Source of the DNA: Macrostomum lignano
Lineage: Eukaryota
NCBI GenBank assembly: GCA_002269645.1
Contig: NIVC01000890.1
Coordinates: 186,001-250,000 of the forward strand
Length of the DNA stretch: 64,000 nucleotides
Reading direction: 5' to 3'
The notes under the pieces are model-generated. The model had not been told where the DNA came from, made no database searches, and saw only the letters and a list, made by a program, of their open reading frames with translations. The number at the start of each line of letters is the position of its first letter. Position 1 is the first letter of the stretch. Positions 25,867-39,099 of the stretch are shown here, one piece after another. Made by a program: the position numbers and the translations under genes.

Positions 25867-27927
25867 ATGTCTTCCGAGCAACTGAAACAGAACGATGAAG
25901 AACTTCGTCCCGACGCTCCTACAGCTTCATCTAGCGAACCAAACGAGTGTGACGTCAAGACAGTAACCGTTGTGGACAAGACAGTAACCGTTGTGGACAA
26001 GAAAGTGACCGTTAAGGACAAGACAGCGACCGTTGAGGACAAGACAGCGACCGTTAAGGACAAGACAGCGACCGTTGAGGACAAGACAGCGACCGTTAAG
26101 GACAAGACAGCGACCGTTAAGGACAAGACAGCGACCGTTGAGGACAAGGCAGCGACCGCTGAGGACAAGACAGCGACCGCTGAGGACAAGACAGCGACCG
26201 TTGAGGACAAGACAGCGACCGTTGTGGACAAGACAGCGACCGTTGAGGACAAGACAGCGACCGCTGAGGACAAGAAAGCGACCGTTGTGGACAAGACAGC
26301 GACCGCTGAGGACAAGACAGCGACCGCTGAGGACAAGACAGCGACCGTTGAGGACAAGACAGCGACCGTTGAGGACAAGACAGCGACGGTTGAGGATAAG
26401 GCAGTGAATATTGAGGATAAGACAGTGAATGTTGAGGACGAGACATTCAATGCTAATGACGCTAAGAAAGCTGAAGATTCAGTCAAGAAAGCAGAAGTTG
26501 AAAAAGATAAAACAGAGGTTACAGAAAATACAATGGAAGCAGAATCCACTAGCAAAGAAGCGGAAGTTGCAGATCAGGAAGCGGAAGTTGCAGATCAGGA
26601 AGCGGAATTTGCAGGTCAGGAAGCGGAATTTGCAGGTCAGGAAGCGGAAGTTGCAGATCAGGAAGCGGAAGTTGCAGATCAGGAAGCGGAAGTTGCAGAT
26701 CAGGAAGCGGAAGTTGCAGATCAGGAAGCGGAAGTTGCAGATCAGGAAGCGGAAGAAGAGGAAGTTACAAGCAACGAGCCAAAAGTGGAAGCTATTGGCA
26801 ACGCAATCGACTGTCTGATTGAGCAAGCGGCTACTGACAGTGAGCAATTAATAACTGCAATTGAGAGCATGGATGCTGTGCTTGATGAGGCGCATTTTCA
26901 CACTATACACTACGAGACAAACGTCTTTGGAGTGGTTGAAGTCACAATTCACACGTCGATTGCTCTTGGCGAAGAATCCGGTTCGGCCACTATCGAGGAA
27001 GACGACTTCACCGCAGGCGAGGATCGAGACGGCACTGACACCACGGAAGCGGACGAAGACACGGACGACGAAGAGGAGGTTGACGTTGCCGGAGACGAGC
27101 CGGGCTTGGCAGAGGAGGATCTACGCGCTGGCGAGCTTGAGAACGAAACTGACGAACAAGAAGACGCGATTAACGCAGCTCAGCAAGCGGACGCAGTCAA
27201 TGAAGGCACGGAAAATTCCGGCATCATCGACTCCAACGACGACGACGACGACGACGATGACGACGACGATGACGATGACGACGTGGAAGACAGCAGCAGC
27301 GAACTCGAGCTGACCATCCACGGCAGTCCGGCTGTTGCAGCCATCGACGTTGCCGCTGCCGCCGCCAGACTTGCCTCGCCGGCGTTCCCACCGTGGACCA
27401 CGGCGACGAGGAACCGCCTGTCGGCTCAGTCGGCCGCAGCGGGACTCGCGACGCCACTCGGCAGCGGCAGCCGGCGCGGCAACTGGCACTACCAGCTGTT
27501 CCGTCGCGGCGCTCGGTTTTTGCAACGTCGTCTACGACGACACTCGACAGAAAATGCGTCTCCAGCGGCGTCGTCTTCGCCAGCGGCGGTGGCCTCGTTG
27601 CGACGACAGAAGCCGGCCGTGTTCTCACGGATTGACGAGCGCAACTCGATCTCGGTTGAGTCGGGGATCAGCGCCATGGCAGTGGACCAGCTGAACCAGC
27701 AGCGGCTTCGGCGGAAGTCCTCGCCGACTGCGATGGCCACGAAGCCGTGCCGGCGGTGCTCGATAATTGTCCACCTGCCAGCTGAAATGTTCGACCAGCG
27801 TCTGCAAGCCGAGTGTAATCTGGCGGCCGACACGGCGGCAGCGGCTGCGGCTGCCGCGGCGGCGAAAGCGGCCTCGGCGAACTCGCGCCGATCCGTCACC
27901 TGGGCGGTGCTGAGGTGTCGGAAATGA
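25867..27927 (+). CDS. Uncharacterised low-complexity acidic protein (~686 aa) with EDKTATV and EAEVADQ repeats, poly-D, and a basic C-terminus ending RRSVTW
   Basis: Stop-free 2.2-kb frame whose non-repeat parts are GC-rich and coding-like; start chosen at ATG 25867 (alternative 25783). Confidence 0.72.
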   Translation: MSSEQLKQNDEELRPDAPTASSSEPNECDVKTVTVVDKTVTVVDKKVTVKDKTATVEDKTATVKDKTATVEDKTATVKDKTATVKDKTATVEDKAATAEDKTATAEDKTATVEDKTATVVDKTATVEDKTATAEDKKATVVDKTATAEDKTATAEDKTATVEDKTATVEDKTATVEDKAVNIEDKTVNVEDETFNANDAKKAEDSVKKAEVEKDKTEVTENTMEAESTSKEAEVADQEAEVADQEAEFAGQEAEFAGQEAEVADQEAEVADQEAEVADQEAEVADQEAEVADQEAEEEEVTSNEPKVEAIGNAIDCLIEQAATDSEQLITAIESMDAVLDEAHFHTIHYETNVFGVVEVTIHTSIALGEESGSATIEEDDFTAGEDRDGTDTTEADEDTDDEEEVDVAGDEPGLAEEDLRAGELENETDEQEDAINAAQQADAVNEGTENSGIIDSNDDDDDDDDDDDDDDDVEDSSSELELTIHGSPAVAAIDVAAAAARLASPAFPPWTTATRNRLSAQSAAAGLATPLGSGSRRGNWHYQLFRRGARFLQRRLRRHSTENASPAASSSPAAVASLRRQKPAVFSRIDERNSISVESGISAMAVDQLNQQRLRRKSSPTAMATKPCRRCSIIVHLPAEMFDQRLQAECNLAADTAAAAAAAAAAKAASANSRRSVTWAVLRCRK

Positions 27928-28169
27928 TTTCCAACAAAACCCGACGTGAATTATATGCTGAAATGGCAATTTTTGTTTTTGAACAATTTGCGCTCTGTGT
28001 CGGTTGGATGAATGGTTTTTAGATTTTCAATGCCCTAAATAAAGCTGGATGGCCACGCTGGTTTTCTTTTCATAATCTTTTGATTACAAGTTATTGCTGT
28101 GTTGGGTTTTGAATATTCATAGTTCCCTGCTTGACAGTAGTGCCAGCGATACGAAAAATAAGTATCTCT

Positions 28170-28596
28170 AAAGCTCCCCTAGAGTTGTCTCTAAATCTCC
28201 CCTGGAGTTGTCTCTAAATCTCCCATAGATTTGTCTCTAAATCTCTCCTAGAGTTGTCTCTAAATCTCCCCTAGAGTTGTCTCGAAATCTCCCCTAGAGT
28301 TGTCTCTAAATCTCCCCTAGAATTGTCTCTAAATTTCTCCTAAGAATTGTCTCTATATCTCCCCTAGAGTCGTTTCTAAATCTTCCCTAGAGTTGTCTCT
28401 AAATCTCCCCTAGATTTTTCTCTAAATCTCCCCTAGAGTTGTCTTTAAATCTCCCCTAGAGTCGTTTCTAAATCTCCCCTAGAGTTGTCTCTAAATCTCC
28501 CCTAGATTTTTCTCTAAATCTCCCCTAGAGTTGTCTTTAAATCTCCCCTAGAGTCGTTTCTAAATCTCCCCTAGAGTTGTCTCTAAATCTCTCTAG
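28170..28596. repeat. 23-bp minisatellite CTAGAGTTGTCTCTAAATCTCCC
   Basis: Period 23 (CTAG at 28271, 28294). Confidence 0.94.
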
Positions 28597-28598
28597 AG

Positions 28599-28801
28599 CC
28601 AATCAGTAGGCATTTGAAACTGTTGTGCAACTCCCCAGTTCCCTATATAAAGTTGAAGCTGTTCCACCTGCCGTTCCCCAGGTCTGCATCCGGGACAGGA
28701 TACTATCAAGGTAAAACTGGTAAGTGTGTGTCATATGGGTTTGAGCTTGTTCAGAACCAACTGATTTCCAACTAAAACCTGAATTTCAACGCATTCTCCA
28801 G
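28599..28801 (+). promoter_or_regulatory. Putative GPCR promoter (CCAAT, TATA) and 91-bp 5'UTR intron
   Basis: CCAAT 28599-28603, TATATAAA 28644-28651, donor AAG|GTAAAA at 28711, acceptor TTCTCCAG at 28801, ATG at 28818. Confidence 0.55.
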
Positions 28802-28817
28802 GGAACCTTAGATTAAG

Positions 28818-29849
28818 ATGAGCGATCTAGGCCAGAAGCTCCTGCTGATCAGTTTGCCCCTGTCCTCCGTCGGCATTCTGCTCAACGCTCTACTCTTGGT
28901 GTTCGCACTGCGACACAAAATTGCTTCGAAATCCGCCACCGCTCTGGTTCGCAGCCAGGCTGTCTTCGACCTGCTGGTCCTGTCAACCAACATCGTGTTC
29001 GTGCAGCTGCAGTCCATCCCGCGGCCGAGTCAGTCCAACACCCTCGACTCCAGCTGGTACCTGTTCTGCATTCTTGGCAACGAGAGCGCCATGCTGTTCT
29101 GGTACACCATCAACTGCAGCATCTACAACACGCTCGCTTTCACTATCGAGCGCTGTCTCTGCATCTGCTGCCACTTCTGGTGGCAGAGACGCAAACGGTA
29201 CATGTTGAAGCTCTTCTACTCCACCATCTTCCTGGTCAGCTTCCTTGCTTACGTGCCGCTGAACCTGCTGTCGTATTGGCCGCAACAGGTGCCAGGAGAG
29301 GCAGCTGCAGTTGACGGCGATGCTGAGGGCAACAACTCGGTAACTAACTCTGAGATCATCTGCGACAGTCGCAATCGAGTGCCCGAAGCCGCCCTGCGAC
29401 CTCTGAGCGTCGCAAGCACCAGCATCACTGTGCTGCTGCCAACTCTCTGCATGCTCAGCTCCTACGCCGTCATCATTTTTCACCTGCGCAGGTCGGCTAA
29501 AATGTCGTCTTCGTCAAATAATTCGGAATCGGCTTCAAGGAGATTCACCATCCTTATTGGCTTCACCGTGGTGGCGTTCATTGTGTTCAACCTGCCCGAC
29601 ACTGTGAACTACATGGCCTGGAACCTGGGAACGTACTTCGACGCTCTGCCATTCGTGGTGCACTACTTCGTGTTTCCCTTCATGTCAGCCATCAACTCGC
29701 TGGTGAATCCGCTGATCTACCTGGTTTTCCATCGCCAGTTCACTCGCTTCGTGCTGTGCCGTCCCGTGACCGGTGGCGGGTCAAAAAGCCCGGCTCCGAG
29801 CAGCCGAGGCACTCGACGCGACGAAAGAAGCGTTGAAACAAATATGTGA
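28818..29849 (+). CDS. Class A orphan GPCR with intronless CDS, 343 aa
   Basis: Seven hydrophobic segments, TM3 TIERC (E/DRY), TM6 FNLP, TM7 NPLIY. Confidence 0.93.
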   Translation: MSDLGQKLLLISLPLSSVGILLNALLLVFALRHKIASKSATALVRSQAVFDLLVLSTNIVFVQLQSIPRPSQSNTLDSSWYLFCILGNESAMLFWYTINCSIYNTLAFTIERCLCICCHFWWQRRKRYMLKLFYSTIFLVSFLAYVPLNLLSYWPQQVPGEAAAVDGDAEGNNSVTNSEIICDSRNRVPEAALRPLSVASTSITVLLPTLCMLSSYAVIIFHLRRSAKMSSSSNNSESASRRFTILIGFTVVAFIVFNLPDTVNYMAWNLGTYFDALPFVVHYFVFPFMSAINSLVNPLIYLVFHRQFTRFVLCRPVTGGGSKSPAPSSRGTRRDERSVETNM

Positions 29850-32339
29850 TGAAGAGTAGAAGCAAATCAAGATCTGAAACTGGAAATACCAATGTTAGGG
29901 CCGAAATTTCATTGGCCCAATTTAAACTTTTGAAACAATAACAAAACAATGCATAATTGAAATTTAAAATGATATAAAAGTTCAATAAAACATCTTTATG
30001 ATCAACTGCAAATCCTACAAATGTTTCAGCTTTCCGTTGACTTTTTTCTTTCTCTTTTTTAATACGTTGCTTCTAGAATACCTTCTGGCTCGTAATTACA
30101 AAAAAGATGGCCTTTTAGGGTATCCAGTAAATCCGGCGAATGGACGATTTGGCGACAAGGTGTAGTAAAAAGAGCTATTACATGTAAATCGGCTACTGGC
30201 ATTTAAACGGATTAGAGAGCTTTTATTGTTAGAATTATTATAACAGCCATTGTTGTTATTAACCCAGATTGGAATTTAGCGGCTTCAAAATGCGCGGGTT
30301 TCAACAGCTTGTAACGCGCGCTTTTATAATGATGATACTGCTTAAAAGTGGGAAACTGCATTAAATCGTTGCGCTTGTTAAGGCAGTCAAATGTTCAGCA
30401 AAGTTACATGTATATAGTTATACTGCTTTTTTTCTTGGAAGATATCCGAACCGATTCTGGTTCTGGAAATGGTAATGTGAAAAGCCTCGTTATTATACAT
30501 TCGAACGTTTGATGTGACACTCAAATTATGTCAGAAGTACAGCCATAATGTAAAATTTTATTAGAAAAGATACCGGCCGCCTAAAGGTGAATTCTCTACA
30601 TGTAAAATAAAAAACTGAACGTACGTTCATGTAAAGTTTTATTTGTGTCTAAAATCCGTAAAATCTACAATACGAAATCTGTCGCCGGACTGACTGGAAA
30701 GCCCCTTATTAGACACATGAAAATATGTTAAAAACGAACAAAATCTGAGTAAGTCTGTAAAAGTTAATCGATCAGAAAAAATCGATACTAAATCGAGGGT
30801 AAAAGCTCCGCTTACGAGTATATTACTGTTAGTTGGTAATTGGAGACCTCTTCGGGCATAAAAATCCAGTCTATATTATATTTTTTCTAGTAAAAGTTCG
30901 AAGTAGTTTTATAGAAATGATGTGCATGAGAGGTTGATTGTGATGAAAGCTTCAGTAGCTAGAGACCATTAATGAGGTGACCGCAGAGAACAAAAGTTCG
31001 ATATATTGTTGACAGCTAGCAACTTCACGTACATCTGCATTCAATCGTCCAACGCTTTTTAAAAATAAAATTAAACTGAATGAAAAATTTTATAACTAAT
31101 GATTCTTTATTTATGGGTGTCGAGCTGTCACTTTTGGTGCCAAGGATGTCTCGAAAAAGAGGTCCCCGACGACCCCGTCCCGCTCCGACCGCTCTGGGTC
31201 CGCTCGGGTTGTCTCTCCCTGACAGCATCAGCAGCAACCTTGCTCTCTCTGGTTGTCTCAGTCGCTGTGGACTTCCTGGATTGGTCTATGGGCAGCTTAT
31301 AAAACTCCAAATGGTGTGGTGATAGGTCTCGTACGTACGTGCAACCAATAAGAGTAGACGAATCACTCAGTCCACTCTTAATAAATAATGTGTAACTATA
31401 AGTGTACCTATAAAGTATTAAGATTAGGGTATCAGCAGCAGGTCCAGCTGATCCTGATTGTAGCTCAGCTTGTGCCGCCGACAGCGCAGATTCCAATACT
31501 CATAGGGCATCCGCATCCGAATCTCAACTGCGTCCGAGTGGCTCGGCCTGACGTTGAGCATTTTTGAGAATTGTTTCGCGAAGCCTAGCTGAACTAAATC
31601 GATTATTAAAGTTAGAACGGTTGCCATGGGAACGAATATATCGATTAGAGCGTCGACTGCGGCGGTGGCAGTTGCAGGAAGTTGTAGCAGCCTGGGACCG
31701 AGCACCATGATGTCAGCCTTTTTGCTACAATTGCTCCAGTTTTAGCAGCCAATCCGTTCATGTTGATATTAGTGCTGCAGTTTGCACTGCACCAAGTGGG
31801 GTGGGGGCTTTGCCATAGACAGTCGCCGGAGCACGAGCAGCAAGCTCTGACACTTCCCCATCTCTTTGGACGACGTATGTATTAACTATTTTATATCCAA
31901 AAGATGTTGTAGTTAACAACCTAAACTTTGTGCACTGACGCTAATGAGTAGTATATTGTGCATTTTCAAATAATTTTAGCATCTAATTAATCGGTTACCG
32001 TATACATCATGCATTTGCGTTGAGATAATCTTTATAATATGAGTGGCAATCTTGTTTTGACAGAGATTTAACGATTTGTGATTGGTTAATGCATTAACAT
32101 TGAAACAGTATCATGATCTAGTTAGACATTAACAAACAAGGTGAGTGCAAATAAATGATTCATAAAAATTAAAACACTTTTTTCTAGAAGTAGCCATCTA
32201 TAACGATTTGGTGCATTTATTATAGATTAACGTTGCATTCTACATCTAAATAGTTTGGTGCAATAGAAATATTTTAGTTGTTTTCCGATCCGCTGCAGTC
32301 GTTAGGCAAGTAATCGATACTATAGTTACTAATAAGTGA

Positions 32340-32719
<380 letters not shown>

Positions 32720-32744
32720 TTTAAAATTTCATCATATCCTTGAC

Positions 32745-35700
32745 CTACCAGGGCCTGAGCTCCCGTACATTGGAGCAGTAGATCAGCCAGTTAAGCGAAC
32801 AGTTAGCAAAGAACAGGTAGTCAAATAAGCCGCCAAGAGAGAACACCAGTCGCAGTTGGGCCGCACCGGACTCGGAGTCGGCTAAACCGCCGTAGTGCAT
32901 GACGGCAGAGATCAGGTATGTGACAGCCCTGGGCAGCGAAGCAGCTAGGTGAGCAGCCGATGCAGCCATGAGGGTCATCCCGGTGCGGACCGCTCCAGTA
33001 GATGCTTCCTGGTGGCGCTTCTGACGCTTCGGTACTCGGGGACCGGCAAAGGACGGGGCGGCAGGTGCAGCGGACTCGACTGGCTGCTGATCATGAGCTG
33101 TCGTGTTCCTTTCGATCGTGTAGTTGGAGAGGGCATTTGACACTCAAGTTTTTCAAGTTTCTAGCTTGTGAAAGCGATTCAGCAAAATCATTGGATAATT
33201 GGATGTTAGACTGAAGCTGCATTTTCCTCAAGCAGGTCCTGAAATATCCTTTTAATTCTGTCGGACAATTGCAATTCTCGCAGACTCTGCACGAACATTG
33301 GGTTCCAGTAAAGAGGCCCTAAATTGATGTGAAATCCACAATAGTGTCACATAAATCTAACGAAAGGTAAATCGCTTCCTTTCGGTCGCTTTCGTCTGGT
33401 CGAAGCTAAACTGAATATTGAATACTTTAGCTATACATGCAATACGCACAGTAACAATGGACGACATCCCAGAAAGATGTAATTAATATTTTTTGACAAT
33501 TTTACAAACTTTCTGTAATCAGTGAGCCATCAAGGTCAAAGCCATTCGCCATGTCTGATAAGGGCAGGGCTGTATCCTAGATGAGCCTGTCTCTGCCCTA
33601 AATCCTGATCTGATTAATAATTCCATTTACTGCTTGAGCTGATTGAGCAGCACCAAAGGGAATATGTCAGAGAAGTTGATTTGACGGGTTTTAATGTACG
33701 CCCACGTATTTACAGTAAAAGCGCACCTTTCCATCGGGTTTGAGCTGCTTGGAAACTCCGCTCGCCACTGCTGCAGCTGCCTGCCGGACTCCTCAGGCAG
33801 TCGCCAGCGAGCTTGACGCGATCGCGCGATGGCGCAGAGCCGACCAGCCAGAACGGCGTTGGCGATCAGCAGGAAGCAGCTGCTCAGAGTGCCGTTGGCA
33901 ATCAGAGTGGCGTAGGCCTGATAAGCGATGCCCACCCCAGTCGGGAGGCTCTCATCAATGTAGCAGTGTCGCTGGCCGAGATATTCATAGATTCGAAAGG
34001 TGGCGGCTCCGAAGGCGCCCACAGCCAGGAAGGGGACGCAGAAGGCGGCCAGCAGCAGGCAGTAGCGACCGCGGCTGGCGCTCGCCCGGTGCTGCAGCGG
34101 CCGGCTCACCGCGTACAGCCTGTCTATGGCCAGGAAGCAGAGCAGGTTGGTGGACAGGCCGTTGCCAACAATCCACAGCAGCGACCACAGCTTGCAGAAG
34201 CCGTCGTAGACAATGTGCGGCATTGGCAAGTTGACGCCGTAGTGTAGGAAAGCATTGACGAAGGCGCTGCAGATTTTGAGTGATAATGGAATCTGATTGA
34301 GACTGAGCCTTGACCATGGGTTTAGTCAGTAATTCGTTTCTGAAATGTACCCTTGATATTAACGGATGAGCTATGCACTGTGGTTTGTTGTATTTAATAC
34401 AACCTCCATCCCAAAGTCTATGTATATGCTTCATTCTACAGACTACGTTCTACACCAACATATTACGACGTTCTCGTACGTTTTACGTCCTATGGCCGGG
34501 GTCCTACATGTACATCGATGCGGTACTGCGTCATTGGACTTCGTTCTTTTATTTGACCTACGTCTTTGCCACTTAATACGCCATTATTTCTATGGAAGCG
34601 ATCCATTTTGTCCTTAGCTTAATGTTTACCAAATGATTAAAAAGTTAGTTGAATAAAAATATCCTTCTTGATGTAACCACGCTCTGGTCGCGGGATATGG
34701 CCAGGGAAATTTTTCAAAAGTACCTCCGATCTCCGTGACCTGCTGGGCAGAGCCGTCGAGACTGGGCTAAGTCTCTGACCAGGCCAACTGACTCCCGCTC
34801 TGCTGCACCCCCCTGCTGCCTCGTCTCCGTCTCCCGCTCCACCACACGTGCCTTTCCGGAGCCCCTTTTTCTCTCTGCACCTTACCCGCCTCCCCGTTTC
34901 CCATGCGCTCTACCCTAACTAGCATGTACTTCTCTTGCCTCCCATCTTTTTGTCTCATTTTTGTCTGTTTATCCTGCGCTGTCCCCTTCTCATCCCGTGC
35001 CTACTTACAGTACTTTGTGCGCTCACCGTCACCCCATCCCCTATTGAACTCCCAAACGGTGACTCAAGGCCTCTGACCCCTCCTCCCCCCCGATGACTCA
35101 TCGATGACTCACCACCCTCTCTTGCGCAACCTTTTCTCATGCTATTGTTCTCTTCTCAAGGTTTCTCATGCGACACCCACCCCACCTCCGCTTCTATTGT
35201 TCTCGTTTTTTATTCTTTTGTTCTCGTTTTCGCACCCAATTATCACATTCTCCCAGATTTTTTCTTTATATTGTTCTCCTTTTCGCACCCATTTAGCACA
35301 TTTTCTCCAATGTTTACTTTTCTATTGTTCTCGGTTCTCCCCAATTATCCCCGATTTCCATTTCCTTTGTTCTCGACCCCTGCCCTATTGTTCTCAATGT
35401 TTGCTTGCGCAACACTTTCTCGACCTCCCGCTGCGCCAATTATCCCCCACCCCACCTCCGGATTGCGCAATTTCCCCATTTCTCCTGTTGCTATGGCGTT
35501 TTCATGCTTCTCATCATGACTCATTCTGACGTCATTTCTCCGGCAGCCAATCAGAGAGAGGGAGTCATGGAAACGACCTTGGAGCGGCGGCTGGGAAGGC
35601 TATTTAAGGAAGCGGTTTTCGGCGTGAGAACACTCAACTTTTCGTCTTCTCGTCCTTCCTTGGAACTTGCTGTCAGACGCTGCTCTGACCCGTTCGTCTA

Positions 35701-35900
35701 TAGGACGAATCTCTGCCGGTCCGCGGTCTGTTACCGCCAAGTTCCCTCAGCTCCACAAGTGAGCTCATCTGCCGGCCAGTGGTCTGTTACCGCCCAGCAT
35801 CTTCAGCATCACCTGAGCTACATCAGCGCCTCGTCGCTTCAGCGCATTGCCGCTTCACAGCCTGCCCATCTGCAGCCAACAGCCGCCCTCGGTCACTCCG

Positions 35901-35971
<71 letters not shown>

Positions 35972-38815
35972 GCAGCCGCCGGTAAGTTCCTGTACTAATT
36001 TTTGCTCTAATTGCCTTTGCTTATCCGGGGTTTGCTTATTGCCCATTGCTTGATTAGAGAGCTGAGCCAATTGTGATACCGTATCATTTGCTGTTTTTAC
36101 TCAATAGTGAAGCCGCCTAATTGCCTGATTACTAACCATGACTAAACTCCTCATTTTTCACACCTTCACCTTCATTTCATTCATGGCTTGCCTTTCTCCC
36201 GGGGTGGCAAAGCATAAGGAAGTTTGGGTAAGCTAATGGCCTCTCCCCGTGCAAAGCCCGCCTGTGAGTGCGTGCTGCGGGTCCGTGTGTGCGTGCAGTA
36301 GAGGGAATTAGCGAGTCTTGGCACAGAATGGCAGTAGGAAGGTTGCAACCCCATGCTAACGCGTCCCTTTGCCCTGAGCAATCTAAACTATAGCTAGTAC
36401 ATGTTCACCTCACACTACTCCTAGTAATTGAAACCGCAAGTCCGCCTCGCTCACAGCCACAAAGGATCCCCTGCTGAGAAATCCTCCAGATTGAGCCCAG
36501 AGTTCCCGATCATGCCCCAAGCAGAGTCCCTGTACTCGGCTGCATGCGTCTCCCCTGTTAGCCTAGATCCCCAGGTAACCAATCCAGGTGGGGCTCTAGC
36601 CTCGAGAGGTCTGGTAGTGAGATCCAGGTGCGCCAGGTCACATAGAGATCAGCCACTCGGTCATGCTATGACCGAGTGACCAACTATTGCACCTTGGCTA
36701 CAGGTGGGGTCCATGTGGGTCCTTGGCCCTCTGGTCACGAAAGCGCTACCAAAGCTATCAATCATGTGGGCGGGACAGTCTGGTGCTGGAGGTCCGTCAG
36801 GTCATTGCCCGGTCATAGGCAGCCTACGGTCATTGCCCCCTTTGGTCATATGCTCGCCTCCCCGCGGAGCGGATGGGCGACAAGGGCGTTTTCATCATTC
36901 TTTCGAAAACGAACTGACCAACCTTCTTTCCGTGGCTTCTTTGCTTAATAAATCAAAGGCATTCAATTATTTTTAAGGTCGAGACGACAGATTTACTTTA
37001 GAAACACTTTCTTTGGTGAAATTTAACTGTTATCCGTTAAAAACAACCCATCTTTCACGCTCTAATATCAGTCAGATTGTCGCTTGAAGCTACTTGTTTC
37101 TTTTGCTGCAAAAATGGGTTATCAGAAGCGTTTAATCAAAAGAGGATTTTACTCCCTTTCAAGCCTGTTGTGGGATTCATCAGATTTGGACGTTTAGCCC
37201 TTTGTGGCTGAGGCTGCGTGTCATTGAATGGGAATTGATGTTAGTTACTTACACACTGGACTCTGGATGCTGACGCAAAGCAAGTCGTCAGTCCACTCGC
37301 AGCGGTCCACTAGCCACGGGCTGACTTTATCCGGGTTGTCCATGCACAAAGAAGTCACCTTAATAACGCCGCACATGGAATCGAACCAAAGGGACCGTGA
37401 GCGCAAGAGTTCCGATCCTTTTTTTATTAGAGTTGGGGACTGTGTGCACCCTGGCACACTTTAAGCGACATTGTCACACAACCGGCGAGAGGCATTCCTG
37501 CCCATTCCGCCGACTCCCCTGAGCAGGCACACAAGCGCGCGGATACGTACGCAGTCATACACACAGGCACACACTCACACAGGAGTGTACAGCGGCCCTG
37601 ACTTTATTTATCGTTAGGCATGTACACTTCACTGTGCCTTGAGATTGGCCCTCAAAGCGCGTTAATTGCAGGAGGAGAGTCAAGCCGAGATTCCAATTTA
37701 GCTCCAAATCAATGCGACTACACTTGGAATCGAGCCTTGGCCGCTGGCTACCAACCCTGGAGCTCCGCTACTACCCCCTCCTTATTGAAATCTTGTATAG
37801 GTACCCGCTTGTAACTTCGTTTCTCCATTTAGACATGAATAAAGAAGCTCATTTCTTTGTTTTACCTGATGCAGTTCTACTGATAAAAGTCAAACTACGA
37901 TTGAGCTGACGATTGATACCTGACTTTACCTGGTCAGAATGGTAATTAGGTCGGAGATGATGAGCACTACAAGAACGTAGTGCTTCGGCTGCAGTTTACT
38001 TCGGTTCTTGACAGCGGAGAACAGGATAATGCTGGTGCCGACCAAGCAGGCCACCGTGAACGCAGGAGCCGCGTATAATCTTAGGGCTTCCACTATTTTC
38101 GACACTTTGATAGCGGCCACTGAGAAGCCTGCGCAAAAAATAGCGTTTAGAGCGAGCCGAATCAAAATGGAATGTACACATATACAATTTAACCTTCAAT
38201 TAAAAACTAAAGCTTCAATCAATGTACACACACGCTGGCCCATTAAACCAAACATTCAATCAATGTACACACACACGCTATACCCCACCAAACTAAACCT
38301 TCAATCAATGTACACACACGCTACCCCACCAAACTAAACCTTCAATCAATGTACACTGTACACGCTACCCCACCAAACCAAACCTTCGATCAATGTACAC
38401 ACACGCTGCCCCATAAAACTAACAATCAATGTACACACACGCTACCCCACCAAACTAAACCTTCAATCAATGTACACACACGCTACCCCACCAAACTAAA
38501 CCTTCAATCAATGTACACACACGCTACCCCACCAAACTAAACCTTCAATCAATGTACACACACGCTACCCCACCAAACTAAACCTTCAATCAATGTACAC
38601 ACACGCTACCCCACCAAACTAAACCTTCAATCAATATACACACACGCGCCACCCCATAAAAGTAAACATTCAAGTCAATCTTGAACCTCCCTCACGCCAA
38701 GCAATTTTAGATGAAGCAGCATGTCTTCTACAATCGCGGAGAGTGTTGCATAATTCCACATCAATTCAAGCTTACCATCCGGAGCGTCTGTTGTGCCGTT
38801 CATGTTGCCGATCAT
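32745..38815 (-). CDS. Class A orphan GPCR paralog A, 4 exons: 38815-38776, 38128-37930, 34266-33727, about 33108-32745
   Basis: N-terminal NGT sequon, TM3 LAIDRLY, TM7 NWLIY; GT-AG sites in phases 1,2,2 give 381 codons; last acceptor is inferred and weak. Confidence 0.83.
34669..36896 (+). mobile_element. Solo LTR (about 2.2 kb, Gypsy-like) in intron 2 of GPCR A
   Basis: Starts TGATGTAACC, ends CATCA, 4-bp TSD TTCT both sides, internal CCAAT and TATA-like motif; homologous to 41471-43683. Confidence 0.82.
37419..37775 (-). mobile_element. tRNA-derived SINE, family 2
   Basis: B box GGCTCGATTCC, AATAAA plus A tail on the minus strand; colinear with 40275-40636. Confidence 0.8.
38212..38660. 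repeat. 41-bp minisatellite in GPCR A intron 1
   Basis: AAACCTTCAATCAATGTACACACACGCTACCCCACCAAACT, period 41. Confidence 0.93.
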
Positions 38816-39099
38816 TATGTTTAAGTGACTTTAAAAAAATCACAATCTAGGCTTAAATCAAGACAATTCAAACGGCAACATAATATTTGTACGTTTTAAG
38901 AAGCGACAGCTGAATAAATTATATTGAAAGAAGTATTTTGCCACAACCAATAGAATCTACGACTGTGAAAAGGACGAGGAAACACTCGAGGGGTTGAGAA
39001 GAAAAGAGATTAAGAATATGAGAAGAAATATGCAGACGAGATTACAATGAACGCTGAAAAATGAGTATAATGGAAAGAGAAGTCATAAGTTATGAGAAT

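Noticed and set aside
25746-26555. Ser/Thr/Val-rich minus-strand ORF
   Set aside because: Antisense shadow of the EDKTATV repeats
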